Below are positions 37,401-52,329 of a stretch of 64,000 nt of DNA, piece by piece. Position numbers and translations under genes: made by a program. How positions within the stretch are numbered: the stretch's first letter is position 1; each line of letters starts with the position of its first letter. Location: the NCBI GenBank assembly GCA_030141605.1, contig JAQGDQ010000008.1:620001-684000 (forward strand), in the 5' to 3' direction. The DNA comes from Tubiluchus corallicola (taxonomy: Eukaryota > Animalia > Priapulida). The notes beneath the pieces are model-generated. The model saw only the letters and a program-made list of their open reading frames with translations, was not told the DNA's origin and searched no databases.

Positions 37401-40109
37401 ACTGGCAACCTCTGAGGTCAACACATCCACTTCTTTTCTTGCCATTTCTAATTGCAATTTTAGTTGCTCATTGGCATCATCTGGCACCATTTCTCGCTTC
37501 TCTCCTGTAACTGTCCAAGCCTTTTCCAATTTGTCGATCTTCACTTGCAAATAACTGTTTTCCTGTTGCACATCAGAATGCTTTTCTTCAAGCGACTTGT
37601 ACTCACTGCACTGTTGGTTGTCATCAAGGTCGTCAATGCTAATAACGGATTCTTTTGCTTGGCACATCAGGTCTGTCTGCTCAAAAGTGTCATCTTCACC
37701 TCCTGCTCCTGCCTTCTTTTCTTGCTCCAAAGATTCTAACTTGACAAAACTATCAGTCAGCTGATTCGTAGATGAAAGTGTTCCTTTTGCATTTAGCATT
37801 TGAGGCAAAGATATAGCTTTATTACCCTGATGTGTTGTTACTTTCTGCAGTTTGAGTTCAAGTTGCGCTGTTTTTTCAGTAAGTTTTTCAACTAGAATTT
37901 CTTTGTCTTCTAGTTGCTGTGTAACTTTACAGAAACGAGATTCACGACGATCAGCTCCTCGCAATTCACGTTCTAAACTTTTTATTCTTTCCTCGTATTT
38001 TTCTAGTTCGTCAATTTTTTTATTTTCCTCCTGCATTTTTACAAGTTTGTTCTTCAAGTCGGCATTCTCTTTTTCAACATCTTTCAATTTTCTTTCTGCA
38101 TGTGCAGCATTACTTTCAAGCTCTTCATATCGTTCCTTAAGGCTTGCTATTTCACTCTTCAGAAGCACTTCTGACCGTGTAAGCTGGTTTATATGATCCT
38201 GCAATTCTTTCACTCTGGCTTGATTTTTCTCTCTTAAATCTTCAAATTTCTTCTCAATGTCTGTAACACTAGACATCTGATTTCCCAGCGCCTTACCTGA
38301 CTGTTCTTTTGACTCCTTCACACTCTTCTTTAGGTATTTAACAGCTTTCTGACTATCTGCTAACTGATCTTCTAGCTTTTTTACACGTTTAATTAAGTTA
38401 TCACTGTGTTGTTCCATGATATTCACAGTTTGTTTCCATTCTTCTAACTCCATACTATTCTCCTTTCTGGCCTCTTCGACAGCTGCATTATTTTTCTCGC
38501 GTATTTCTTGCAGAAGTTTTGATGCCCTTTCCTCCATCCAGGTTTTGTCTGCCATAAATGTGTCCAATTTCCGCTTAAGGGTAGCATTTGTGTTGATGAA
38601 CATCGTCATATCCTTTTCCAGTGCAATATTGAGTGCTTCTGTTTTATTTAAAGCATCATTCTTTTCTCTGAGTTGTTGTGTCAGTTTGTCAACCTTCTCT
38701 TTTAATGCTGCCTCTGACATTTCAAAAGAATTGATCTTTTGTAGGGCTTTCTGTAATTCAGCATTTTTCAAAGAAATCTTTTCTTTCATTGCTTTAGAGT
38801 TTGGTGATTCAAAGCTTTCAGCTAGGGTGGATAAATGTTTGCAACTGTTATCAGTCTGTACATTTTTAGTAAATGTGAAGCCAACAAATGGCAAGTGTTT
38901 GCCAGAGAAATCCTTCTGTGTCCTAAAATCATCTACGAAAAGTTTTGGCGGCTCCTTTTCAAATTCTTCAAAATTTGACACATCATCTTGACTTGTTATG
39001 ACAGGCACAAAAGGCGGTACAGTTTCTCTCATTCTGCTGAAGTCTGTTTTGAGAAAAAACTGATGCTTACAGAGAGCTTCATAGCCGATGCGTTTATTAG
39101 CATCCATTAGGAGGTTGCGCATCATGTCAACAGCCTCGGAGGAAATTTCAGTATCGTTTGGAAACAACAAATTCTGCTTGAAATTCATAATATTACTGTA
39201 CGTGACTGCAACATTATCATCAGAAAAAGGTGTCTTCCCATACAACATTTCATACGCAACGATCCCCACTGACCACCAGTCACACCCTTCACCATATATT
39301 CCTTTCCCATCTACACTGTTTAATGTAGTCAGCACTTCTGGAGCTACATAGTCAGGAGTTCCTACTGGCATTTTCGCTGTAACCAGTTTTGCCAGAGACA
39401 GTTTTGCTGCGGACCCAAAATCAGCAAGTTTAATGTGCCCAGTACGATCGATTAGAATATTATCAGGCTTGACATCCCTATGTACATAACCCATACTATG
39501 CAAACTATGAATAGCCAGCACCATCTCGGCCAAATAAAACCTTGCCATCTCTTCTTCAAAAATACCATCATGTCTGTCAAGAAGAGACAACAAATCACCA
39601 CCAGGGTGAAACTCCATGATCAGGTAGAGATTATGGGCATCCTGGAATGCATAATTAAGCTGCGTGATCCATGGGGAGTTTGACTTTGCCATTATGTCAC
39701 GTTCCTCCTCATAAAATATTACCTCTTTCTGGGTAAGAAGCTCTTCTTTACATAATTTCTTCATAGCATAGACATTGCCAGTTTGTTTTTCTCTGACAAC
39801 ATTCACTTCTCCAAAGTGTCCACGCCCGATGATATTTTTAACATCAAAGTCATCAATACTGACTCTCAACCTCTTCAGCTCTTGAACTGTAGGTCGAAAT
39901 TTGCGCACAAAATCTGCAACACTTGTCTTCAGTTTCATTATGTGTTCACTGCAGCACTCTTCATATAGAACACACAACGAATCGAGTAGACCTTCACGTG
40001 TAATCAGAGAATAACAAAGAGGACTAGACTCAGATGGCACTCTGGCACCAGTAAACACTTGGTTGAGCCTTGAGACTCGAATGCTGATTGGTTCATTCAG
40101 CGGTTCCAT
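34435..40109 (-). CDS. CIT: Citron Rho-interacting serine/threonine kinase (sticky homologue), 5675-nt coding exon
   Basis: EPISIRVSRLN/TREGLLDSL N-terminus, intact AGC kinase (GRGHFGEV, YAMKKL, HRDVKPDN, DFG, GTPDYVAPE, LPFVGFTF), long coiled coil with QQKKLIDFLQ, C1 (IPHRF...CAICLD...CHPKC...TCGLP), PH (TTCWPG) and CNH domains; ATG at 40109 is 5 nt after acceptor TTTTTTTCTAG; donor AG|GTAATC at 34434. Confidence 0.96.
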
Positions 40110-41389
40110 TTCGACTAGAAAAAAATAGAATAAGTTCATTAATTATTAATAATATTAACTTTAAGGTTATCATTAAAAATGGAACGAATCTGTGATTAAT
40201 CAGTATATAGCTATTTTTGAAACTAAATTAGCTTGAAATGAAATTTGAAAAAGTTGTGCCACAGCTTGAATTGTGGACATTCTGCTGATCTGGTGGATGC
40301 CATAACTGCTAGACTACCACGTCCTAGTCAATCGTTATGCTGGCCAACCAGTTCAGCAATTTCTATACTGTTTACCCTAGCTGGAGTGATTCACATACTA
40401 AGGATTACAATAATTTTATTTTGTTTAATTCTTTCTGAGTCTCGAATTTTTCGTACTTGATATTATAAAATTAATGAGGTTCGTTAAAATCACCCTAATA
40501 TGAGTAACTGGCAACAGCATAGTTATGGCATCTGCCAGGGACATGAAAGATTCGCGAAAGGATCTTTGACGTTGGTCCCGACTTTTTCACACTTCACGTT
40601 TTTCGAGAAAGTTTGGTTTCAAAAATGTCTAATATTAATTATGTATTCCTTCCATCGGCATAAATTTATAACCCCCCCCCCCCCATCATTGAAATCTTGC
40701 AGAACTGTACTTGTGTAACTCATGACAACCAATACAAATTAATAATAATTATAATCATAATAATAGTAAGTGAAAAATTTTCTTAAGGAAGAAGCTACTG
40801 CAAACTTTTCAGTTTACCTATTAGAGTAGCTGCCATTTAATTTACAATGCTAATTCATAACTAAATCAATTTTAAAAAATGTAATATGGAAATGTGTAAA
40901 ATTTTTTGTACAATTATTATACCATTGCAGCTTTTACTGCCTATTAAATGGTTCAACCAAAATTTCAACATTTTGAACTATCGAAACACCCTGCAAAAGC
41001 TATTCTTAAATATGAATGTACAACATTTCTTTAAGGCTTAGAACAGATAAAACTAGAACACATTTGCTCCACAAACTAGGAATATTTATTGATCAAGCAA
41101 AATTTTTAGATTTACGTAAATTAGACTGCTTAGTTCCTTTAAGGACGTTCAACCAACGTTTTACTACATTATCTTCAGTTCTTTGTTGAAAAGTATATTG
41201 ATCGGGTCAGTGGTGTCACTGCTCTAGTAATGGCAATCTGCTATAGTAATCACGAGTTTGGAGAATTGGGGTAAAATATTCAGAAAATGCTGGAAGTAAT
41301 TTATAATGAAATTTGTAAATAAATATAATACAGTATGTTTCATATATTTCTTTAATTTTTCACCCTGTACCCAACAACATGTTTATTCA

Positions 41390-42520
41390 TTTATTATTAT
41401 TACACAGTAGGCACACTGAACATACATAATCATAGTGTGAAAATTGCACTTGAGTATGGCAAATTAGACTGAGGGAGACGTTGGCATGGCGATACTGCCA
41501 CATTTTGCCAGGAAAAAAAACAAACACAAAAACATTGGAGATAAAAAAGGGGGAAAGAAGAGGGATGGTAATGGAAAGGCAACGGATAATCAATGTTAAG
41601 CAATGTTACACGGACAAAGATGCACCCAATAACTAAAAGAAATTCCAATCGTAGATGCAAAGAAATGTGCTCCACTACATCCCATACAAAATGTAGCTGT
41701 TTGAAAGTTGACATACATTAGTATACTTGTTAATGCAATGCAGCTCAAAGCATCGTTATAAGCCCAATAGTTATGAGTAATAGCCTTGTCAGTAACACAC
41801 CATGGAATATCACTAACAATGCTATAAATTCCATGTTTTAATGAACGCCCAGCAAAAACGGAATGTAAAACTGGAGATCAAATTAAGTTTCTACTCTCTG
41901 TGTTATAATCGTGAACATCCTGCCCCTTGGAAACATTCAGGGTACCTAGTAAAATAATATGAAAGTAAAGAATTGCTGTAGTTAAAAAAGAACTTGAGTT
42001 TCCTCATCAGAAGTAAATCTGGTAATTTTAATAATTGAATTTCTTTGAAAAGTAGTTGTGTGTGTGCAAGATAAGGGACATGAGAGACAATTCTGACTGC
42101 TCTTTTCTGTAATTTAAACGATTATTGCCATAAATAAAACTTTGGCTCCAGTTTAACAACTGAAAATTTATATGTAACACGACCAACGTGTGATATAAAT
42201 GAGAATTACGCATTTTGGAATGACACTTTTAAGTTCATTCTTGACTCCAATGGAAAATGTTGTTTTAGTAGCAAAAGATGAAGAGAATGAATATGATCCA
42301 TCCCGAGAGTTTCATTTATAATTAAGCCTAGAAATGAAAAGGTGAAAATTTGTTCAATGTCACAATTATCAATTTTGATGAGGTGTATTACAGCTACATT
42401 GACTATGAAAAAGCATAAATTTATTCTTTTCCACAATGAAAGATAGCTCACTTACTTTTTCATTTATTAATAAGAAAAAGTTCAGAATTTATGCTATTTG
42501 ACATTATTGAAACAAAGGAG
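41390..42520 (-). mobile_element. Decayed L2/CR1-group LINE 3' fragment
   Basis: IKIDNCDIEQIFTFSFLGLIINETL (FLG motif), LYHTLV-like segment, (TAA)n/AATAAA-type tail near 41390. Confidence 0.6.
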
Positions 42521-43386
42521 CCAAAAGAAGAGGCGACAAACAAAGGATGTCCTAGGCTACTTATATATTAGTTTTATGATCATAAGAATCTGTATGGATT
42601 ACCAGGATTTAAAAAATTTAAGCTGGAAAATTTTATTAGCAGTAACTGCCATACAAATTTAAAACTGTGCAGTAATCTTACAGTTTTGTGTAACATTTTG
42701 TAACTGTTGTAAAAACAAGACCAACATCAAATGGAGACATTTAAACTTTAAAGTCTTCCCATGTTTTTGACTCAGTCTTGACTATTTATTTCATTTCAAC
42801 AGATTTATTTGTACCTTTGTCTTGCTAAATAAGTACATTACAAAAAAACTTGGTAACTGAAACTAGAGACAGGGTGGCAAAGGTCTTTTGTACTTAATAC
42901 AAAAGCAATCAGTCAGATCAAATTTTCTAGATAAGGTTAAGTTACCAAAAATATATATCACAAAAGTTATGTTCAATTCAGCTGATTTACAGAAGTTTTA
43001 CTGACTTTGATGATTAGTTGCTTTCGTCAGCGAGTGAGCTCTATGAGCACTCACTTTTTTTTCTACGAGCAACCAAAAATCTATATGTAGGACTAACTCA
43101 AAGTTATCTATAGGACTAACTTACAATGACAAATTAGTGATCCTTTCAAACAAAGCGAGCAGTAAAGCAAGCAAGGAGTGCATCATATGTTATCTAGTTT
43201 TGGTTGATCACATACAGTTTTTGAATTTTGAATTTATTTATTTGGAAACGCAAATGTACAATACATAGAAACAATGAGAAAAAATAAACGGTTAATAATG
43301 ATGTGATATAACAGCGTGCATATAATAAATGGCAAGAACCAGACATAAAAACTTGTTAGGTGCTTGCACTGTTGTAAACAAAGTGT

Positions 43387-45923
43387 TGTAAGAGCACTAT
43401 GACTTCAATTGTGCCAACACTCCCCCCTGTCACATTGGTTACATCCTACTTATGACGTAGGGATTACTACTTACTGTTAGCTTCTGCCCAATCTGGGTTT
43501 CCCAGTTGGAATCAGCTGTAATGTTACCACCTTAAGCTGATGAGTCTATTGCTATGAAACTTCTTTACTGTTTTAAATAAAATAGTTTATTTTGGCTAAA
43601 TTTGTTCAGTTCCACTGTTTCCTGTTAGTAGCCTTACATTTTCGCACCAAGACCTTTCGTCTGGACTTGCGGCACATTGCTTGTGGACAGTGTTCTTGTT
43701 TTTTCTGTTGTGCAACATTACATCTCTGATTAACTATTTGGACACGGCTCTTCTATGCAGCAATTCTGTATCTGATGTTCTTAATTTTGAGTTGTGATCA
43801 TCAGCGCCGTCTTGTCTTCTGGACAGTGGTTTAACGCAAGTACTATTTGGACACTTTTAGCACGTTTACCCTGTTTCCTTTTTCGATTTTCGGCCTCATT
43901 TCTGCCTTTCCTACTAAAACATTGGTAGTTGGCGTTGTAATGGAGGGAGAAAATGGGCAGCAGCAGCCTGTAGGACCACAAACCATTCATAAAGTCACAG
44001 CAGTACTCAGAAATCAAGATCACAATATTCAGCAAGTTGCAGACACATTAACTCATTCAATTGGAAGATTTAATCACTCTGGATTTGGGCATCCAAATTA
44101 ATAGCTTGGAGGGCTTATTTAATGTCACTGAACAATTAAAAGATAAACCAAAATTTTCAGGCAAGGCAGCCACATCTGCAGATGTTAGAAAGTACATTGA
44201 CAAACTAGAACGAGTTGTGAACTTAGACTTGTCTGTCACAGATGCAGATGCAGCACTCAAAAATTTACTGTTTAAATCAGTTAAAGGGGAAGCCGCATGT
44301 TTTCTTAAGAACAAAAAAGATTAAATGCGCCAATATGCTTCACTAGCAGGAAACAAATTTAGCACACATTGCATCGTCAAAATTATGACAAAAAAACTGA
44401 AGTTGTAACGAGTTTTACAGACAGGTTAAGTAGGCTGGCTCATCGAGCATATTCCCAGAGAGAAATTGATCAACCTTATTTCAAGAGACTTTACTCAGAC
44501 ATTTTTGTCACAGATTTGTCTCCAATACTATTAGTAAAAGTCTTATTCGACACCCGTCAAAGAATTTAGAAGCAGCTATTGAAACTGCTCAATGTGATCA
44601 GGCAGCAGACGATATCTATAAAACAGTTAGAGCCCAATTGTCGCCCCCTAAACCGATGGAGCTAGGGTAGACAGTGGAGGTAGGTACAACATGTGAAAAT
44701 GCGGCCTCCCATGTAACCAATCAGTTACATGACACCGTACAATATGACTAAAACTATAAAAGAGTTAGTTTAAGAGGTGCGGTCCCAACCTTTAAAATCC
44801 AACAGTGCCCCTACAAGCCCTGTATCACAACCACAAAGGTCAACTAATCGACCATACTCCCAGAGAACTGGTTCGTTTCGGGGCCACAGAAACTCTTTTG
44901 GTAACAGAGGGTTTGGTCCTCTTAATTTTGTCAGAGACCATACTATGGACTTCAAAGCAGAGCACAATTCCGGCCTGAAACTTTAGACCACAAAATTTTC
45001 ACACTTTTCTTCAGAATTCTCATCCAAGTGCCTGCGTGAATTTTTCAAGTTGTGCTAATTGCGGAAGGCAACAAAATAGTTCTCGTGGCACGCGACCTGC
45101 AGCTGGTTCAGTGCGTAATGACCAGCAATCGGTAAACTAAATCGGGCTGTGCCAAAGCAGGACCCAGTACAGCCTGAACTTAAGCAGCCCAAATGTGTAA
45201 ATATGCGTATATAAATGATTATGAACTTATTAATCAGCCTTTGGTAAATGTCAAAATTGCTAATGTACCATGTGCATCTCTATTAGATTCTGGGTTTGGT
45301 GTCAGTTTTTGCCTGTTAAAATTTGGGAGAAATTACAAGAACAACAACGTAAATTATCTCAACCCCATAGTAAACTAAAACTAACTTCAGCTTTGGGTCA
45401 TACTGTAGAAGTAAGGCCAATGTAAATTACCAATTGAAATAGGCTCAAAAAATGTCCGATGTTTCCTTTTATATTTCTGCACAGTTATCTCGACATGCAA
45501 TTTTAGGCTGTGACTTTTACGCTCACAGATGGCTCCGCTATTAAAGTTTGGCATAAAAAATCAAATGAAGCCAAAACTTTTTTTATACGTGCAAAACACA
45601 ATTGTCAAATTCCAACTAGTAAAGTTACTGCATACACTGGGGTTATGAAAGGAAAGAATCTGCCACAAGGCAAATCTGTGTGAAAAGAAGACAGGGAAGT
45701 AATACCATTTTATAAACGACACAAAACCTTATCTCCAGTAGCTAGCCACATTAAAATACAAGCCAAACAGAATACACGCATACTGATTTCAAACACTGGT
45801 TCTAACCCTAGAACAATTAATAAAGGGAGTGTTGGCAAAATTGATGCCACAGTACTCTTACGCTCCTCCATCCTTACGAAAGAAAGTATGAAGTACTTTC
45901 ATCACTGTTAACTCTGATAAGGA
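43387..45923 (+). mobile_element. Truncated, decayed Gypsy-type LTR retrotransposon (putative 5' LTR, gag, protease)
   Basis: TG...CA segment about 43387-43921 with AATAAA, followed by TGG (PBS position); gag-like PKFSGK...YIDKLE, VTSFTDRLSRLAHRAY, PKPMEL; aspartic protease VKIANVPCASLLDSG; many stops and frameshifts; no RT, integrase or 3' LTR. Confidence 0.75.
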
Positions 45924-46669
45924 GCTTGCGCTGTTGTAAACAAGCAGTGTTGCTCACGATTATTTATCTGGCTAATACCAATGCTGCGGCAATGGCACTG
46001 ACGAACTTGGTAGTTTTGGTTCTACACAAATAAATTCAATTTGTTTGTACTCAATTTATAAATATACTATTTTTGTTTATTTTTAATCGTAATAATTGAG
46101 CACTTTACTAAGTAATTTTTAACTATACCTATAAGGCTATATACCTAATTTAACTTAGCAGGACAAAACAATCAAATATTCTGCCTATACTGTAAAAATA
46201 AGCAATACGAATAACCGCGCCTAGATTCGTATTCAGATTAAATTTTATTTTCCCTTATATAATAATCAATTTAGTTACATATTTATAATAGCAAATTATG
46301 GAAATACCTATGTTACTACGTACAATGTAAAACTAGTAAGTAGTATAAATTCAAGGAAGGGTGGCGAAAAACTAAGGAGTTACTTAATAAATCATTGCGA
46401 CTGCGAATTCTAACACTAATCCTATAAACGCTGATTCTATTTCAAATAATGCACATTCACACAAAATTCGGAAAATTATTGAAAATTTAAAATAACTTCA
46501 GAGCAAACTTAAATAGCGCGCGTGTGTCTAACGCAAAATAATAAGAAAAGAGTCAGGTCATAGATACTGTTGTACGGCGCGGATACGTTGATTCCTCGGT
46601 GTCCTCTCTATCTGGTTAAATAGACACAAATGAATACCACCGTGGAAGACACAAGAAACCTATTCAACT

Positions 46670-48770
46670 TATTATGGCTATTATGGCTATTATTATTTTG
46701 GCTAAATTTCCAGCATGACACCTCTCATTTTTCTTGTTTCCATTGCTATTTATCCAAATTTCACCAACTGCTTTGCTATTAGTTTTGTGGATTTTCTGAC
46801 TCAATGAGATTTGTAGTTGGTAGCACATTTCTTATCACCATACAATTGAATAGATGCTCTGTCGTATTTTCTTCTTTACTACATAGTGGGCACCATATAT
46901 TTCCTTTAAACTTACCTCTATAATTACATTTTAGTGGTAGCATATTAGATTATATCTCTAATACCCTTTTTGTCTGCCTGGGTTTATCATGCTCATAAGT
47001 GAACAACCTTAACTTAGTTTGTGAGTATAACTGGTGATGAGTTTAATAAATTTTCTTTTGTTTTCTTTGACATATTTCTTCCAGACCGATTTTTTAAGAG
47101 TCTTTATATGTCGAAACTGTATACCCATATCATATTTCTCACTTGTAACTTCTTCTGTCAAACTTCCTTCTATTTCTTTTTTCCACAAATTTAATTTCCA
47201 TCATTTTTCGTGCATTTCTGGACATAAGGATAATAGTTTTTGTAACATTTTCCTCTGATTTTTTTCCATCCTGCCCATTTCTACTTTTACTACTCGATTC
47301 CACGTTTCTGTGTTGTAAATCTCTCCAGGTATCACAGTTGACTCTAAGAGATTCAGATGTGTCTGCATTGCAAATCTAACAACTTTGTTTATATCACTCC
47401 AGCTTAAAACATTCCTCACCATGTCACCCGCGTTTTCTTCTCTTTTAGAAATATTTACATCTTTTTTCCATTCTCTTATATGTAATCCCCTAGATATTTA
47501 TACCATGTGGTTTCATCAATCTGTCCCTTTTTAACTCTTACCCCACCAGTTTGAGTAGCTTGGCTTCCTTTTTGTTTCCCATTCTTAGTATCTGTGATTT
47601 TCTTGTGCTAAAAGTCATTTTTTGTTCTTTCAAAAAACCGACAATTTTGCACCACATTATGTATTTGCTCATCATTGCCCATATTTGCAACGTCATCTAC
47701 ATATACTCTTGCATTTATTCTTAAGTTGGGTCTTACTGCAACCTCTAGACTCCTTCCAACACTGTTAACTCTGTCAGTTATTACACTACCCATTCTAGGA
47801 CCTTATACTGTTCCTTGATGCACTATTTCACCAAGTTCTAACCAGTTAGATTCTCCCACAGGTGTTTCTATTACTGCCCAACCTTTCTTATTAATTTTAT
47901 AAATGTGACAAAATTCGTCTGGTATCATACTTTTCATCACCATTTTCATCAAACAATCTCTTAGCCACCATTTATCACAACATTTCTCTACATCTAGGAA
48001 AACTGTTTCTAGCTCTTAGACTACAAATTTGTAATATTCAATTAACTGCTAAACTGTAAAGATATGGTCAGAAGCTCCTTTTTTCTCCTCCCACTGCACT
48101 GACTTTCTGTAATCTCATTTTCAAAAAATCTTTATTTCTTTTCAATGATATCCTTTCATATAGTTTCATCAGTGTATTTGTTAAAAATATTCCTCTTCTG
48201 TTGGTAATATCATGTCTGTCAACCCCTCTTTTTTATTGACTTTATTTTCATTTGTTTCCACTGATCAGCAATTTCAAATTCCTTAGCTTGGTTCAACATT
48301 CTTGCTATGCTTTCTTTTAAACCTTTGCCTGCATATATTATCATTTCATTGATCCATCCCTGAAGGTCACCCGCCTTTCATTTTTTTAAATCTCTAAATA
48401 CTTCACCCACGTCTTCTATGCTTATTTCCCTTATTTTTCTCTTTTTACTTATCTTTATAATTTGGTTGAAGATTTTATTGACTTTTTCTTCTACTTCAGA
48501 TTCTGCTTCCTCTATTGCAAGTGTTTCTTCATAATATTTGATATACTTCTCTTTAATTTGTTCACTGTCACTGATCACCCTGCCATTGTTTTCTTCAGTT
48601 ACACATCTTTCCTCTTCTTTTTCTTCTAAACCCTCAGAAAAGTTTAGATCTCATGATTCCTTCCACACGCATAAGCATTCTACTGTTTTTTTCATTCTTT
48701 GCTTGATCATTTTCTCTTGGTCCACAATATGTTCAGTATCCCTGTATTTCTCCCACAATAAATTACTTCT
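46670..48770 (-). mobile_element. Decayed non-LTR retrotransposon ORF2 (reverse transcriptase)
   Basis: In order on minus: FLDVEKCCDKWWLRDC, QGTV-GP, YVDDVAN, KYLG, YNTETW, and a CPLC...TTEHLFNC zinc-knuckle remnant, ending in a short repetitive tail near 46670-46697. Confidence 0.82.
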
Positions 48771-48969
48771 AAGATGGCATAGCTGGATTTTGAATTGCGT
48801 TTGTACTGTTAGAGTGCTGTATGTAAATCCATCATTACACTGTCATTATTAGGTATGAAGCGAGCACATTCATGAAAACCACATATTTTCCCACAAATTG
48901 TCAATTAAGAATGTAAACTTTATTATAGGGTGATGTGGAAAAGTTTGTTGGTAAATTGATGGACAACGA

Positions 48970-51120
48970 TAATACAGTTAGAAATTTTTATCACCATATA
49001 AATGACATAACGAAGGTTATTACATAAGGCTTTTTTGCAAAGTGAGAATGAATTAAAGTTGTTGTTGTGATGGGTAATAGTGATGTTCAATATGATGAGA
49101 CAGCAGGTATGCAGAGAAATTAAGGACACTGAACAAGTGTGTGAACGTTATGGAATGAAAGTTAATAATCCTAAGGTATTTGATGATGGAGCTGTTAAAG
49201 ATCAATAGATTTATTGGAATGGTTTGAATAAGGTATGTGTGGTGCTCATTTCATGTAAAATGCAAATATAGACAAATTGGTTCAAATAAGATGAAGTTGA
49301 CAGACTGCAAAAAGAGATTATATAATGGGTAATGGTGTCAAAAGATTTTAAAGAAAAGGCTGTTAATCAAGAGTTATAATGTTTCTTTTCTGACAGAGAC
49401 CAGTATTGTACTTTTGAAGCCAATTGTAGATTTCGTCATTTTTATTTAAAGGGGGAAAGGCAGCATGTAAGTTGTGCTGTAAAATATATTGGTCATAGAA
49501 GGGAATCCAATGATCATAAAAGGATATTTGTGTGTATTTTTTTTAAAAACACGTGCTGCAAATATGACGTAATTGTAAGTTTCATCACAGTTTTGTTGAC
49601 CAATGGGAGGTGGATCATTTTCCGATGTAGTTGATACTCCCAGTGTGATACTCATATTAAACCAAGATATATCGGAAATTTATAAATTTTAATCTAACCA
49701 ACCAAATTTTCACTATAGAACTGTTGCAGAGAAAAGATTTTGCCAAGATGGCATTATGGAGAAAATTGATGCAGCTTGGTTTTTTAACAAAGGATGAAAA
49801 ACATATCCATGATCAAATGGCAAATTAGTCTTAAAAATAAACAGCAGATTAAGTGTGTATATAAAAATTTGGTGAAATGTTCAAAACAGGAAAAAAACTA
49901 AAATTGATTCTCAAAATGTTAGGTGTTTAAATAATCTTGATAAACAAATAGAACTTAGTGATTCGCTTGACAACGAAGGTTTTAATTTTTGTAGCAGAAA
50001 CATGGCCTAAAGGAAATTAACCTTTAGAATTTAATAGTAAATATAATGTTGGATTGGATAACAAGTGATAAAAGAAATGGTGGTACCACTGTTTTTGTAA
50101 AAAAATCTGAAACGGTTAATTTATCAAAATTGAAGATTATGTTAAATCCGAAATGATTGCAGCTGCATGGAAGGATGAATTGTTTGTGCTCTTTATTTAT
50201 GTATTAACGGTGAATTGACACATACGTTAATTTTGGACTGAAAATCAAAATGGGCGACTTCTAAATAAACTTTGTATGAATGTTGGTCTTAATAACCTAA
50301 ATTGAATTTGACCACACATGGATATTAATACTTGGATAATGGAAAAAGTAGAACAGTACAAAATAGATTGTGAAAGTTGTCATCAAAAACTTTAAGATGG
50401 TGTGGATGTGTGTAATGCAAAGAAATCTAAAATATCAATAATGGTTACTAATAAAATTATTAAGACAAAACCAAGTTTTGTTCTAAAACTCTGTTTTTAA
50501 ATCTAAAAATTGATATACTTATTTTTTTTTGATAAGAGGTGAAGAATACTGCAACTAAGAGGTTAGGATTTGGAGAGCGGTTCATAGTGTAAACGTATTT
50601 GTAGGGAACCTGAACATGGTTGGCTGGATTATGTAGAGAAAAACATGTTGAAAATGATTGGGTAACCAAGAAAAGAGCTGAATGAGCGATATAGTGGTCA
50701 GAACAAGTAAGAAATGGTAATAATAATAAAAATTTTAATGCTATGTTGTTGATAGGAGACTGAGGTCTAATGAAATAGGAAGTTTTCTTGATTAAAAATA
50801 CATATAGAACATAAGCATGAAACAGTGGAAGAAATAAAGCATGGTTGGGGAAACTGCTTCAGACTGAAGGTGTTGTGGAATTATATTTTTCTTCTATTAA
50901 AAATTTAGCAACATCATTTGAAAACACTTATTTAATGAATATGATTAATGAAACTAAATTGTATATTAATTTAAAAACTGTTAAGCAGCTTAAACATTAC
51001 AGAAGGGATATGATAGCAGGCAATAATAGGTAAATAAAAAGTTTCTCAAAATGTGTAAAATGCTAACCCCTGTCCTTAGCGAAGTGAATGAAGCTAATAA
51101 AATTAATAAAGGAAGATAAT
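48970..51120 (+). mobile_element. Highly degenerate LINE-like remnant (endonuclease region)
   Basis: Purine-skewed stretch with fragments FVAETW, KRNGGTTVFVK and NQNGRLLNKLC, typical of APE endonuclease regions; no intact frame. Confidence 0.45.
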
Positions 51121-52329
51121 AAAGTTAGCTATTCATGTTACATCCAAAAATAGACATAGCGTAATTAAGGGTGTTGTGCAATTAAGATAGGGCATATTAC
51201 ACAATCCTGGGCAGAACGCATGTATAACATTGGACATTAACTATATATTCTCTGTAGCATCCAGGTTGAACCAGCATGTATAAAACTGTGGTTGCATGGA
51301 TATACCAGCAGACTGTGTAGCCTTGTGCACCCGGACTTACAAGCTGACACAATATCCAGTGGGATCAGCTAAACAGTTATCTTTTATAATTACCGGTGTG
51401 CATAACTGAACAAAACCAATCAGTGTTATGATAATTGTTTAGGAAAGCTAGTGTATCACCTTCCATGATGTGCATATCATAGTATTATATCATGTTTCTA
51501 CTATTGAGTAGCTCTTCCACAGTAAAATTTTTAATTAACATTATTAATAAATAAATAAATGGTTATTTTTGAGTACTTTTCTATTTCTATTCTATTTCTT
51601 TGTCTTTTTCTTTTTCTGGCTGTATAACTGTATGTGTATAGTACATTATAGTTATGAGTTTATAGACATTATTACAAGATTTAGTATTGTACGCAGACAA
51701 TTTTACCCAAATGAACCCAATAAGCAACTCGTGTCAGTTTTCTACCTGCATTAACTTTAAGAGTGCCTCATAGTAGCACTGTTAGTTTGTACCTAGGCAC
51801 ACACTAGATGCAGTACCTCTTCTTTAACCTACTTCCTAGATGTCAGATCAATCTTAAATCCTGAAGACCTCACCACATTTTTGTTTTCCAGAATGGCCTA
51901 AATGAGGGAGCAGTATAATTACTGTAGTAACATTTTTCTAACTCCAGTGTGCATTCGTCACTTCTATTCCATATTATTTGCTTTATTATTATCATCATCG
52001 TCGTCGCGTTCATTTTACTTGATAATACTTTAAGCCAGTTGGTGAAAGCTATATAAAATTTCAAATAATTTTCTTGATCCTAAATATTCACTTTTTGGGC
52101 GGTGCAAACCATGGATAGAAATAAAATCAATATACTTCTTGCTGCCAATTGTGCGCTAATGACGTCATGTAGTTTACAGTTTTCGCCATTTTCAGAAGCA
52201 TTTTTGCTGTATGGTTTCCTTTGTTCGAAGTACATGAATTCGGTGCGGTTTCACGGAATTGGTAACTATATTTTACTTTTTAATGTAGCGCATTTATTAG
52301 CTGTATGTTTTATTTGCAATAAATGTTTT

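Noticed and set aside
34921-39968. Many plus-strand ORFs, up to 191 aa, opposite CIT
   Set aside because: Antisense shadows of the coiled-coil and kinase coding frame with no independent signals.
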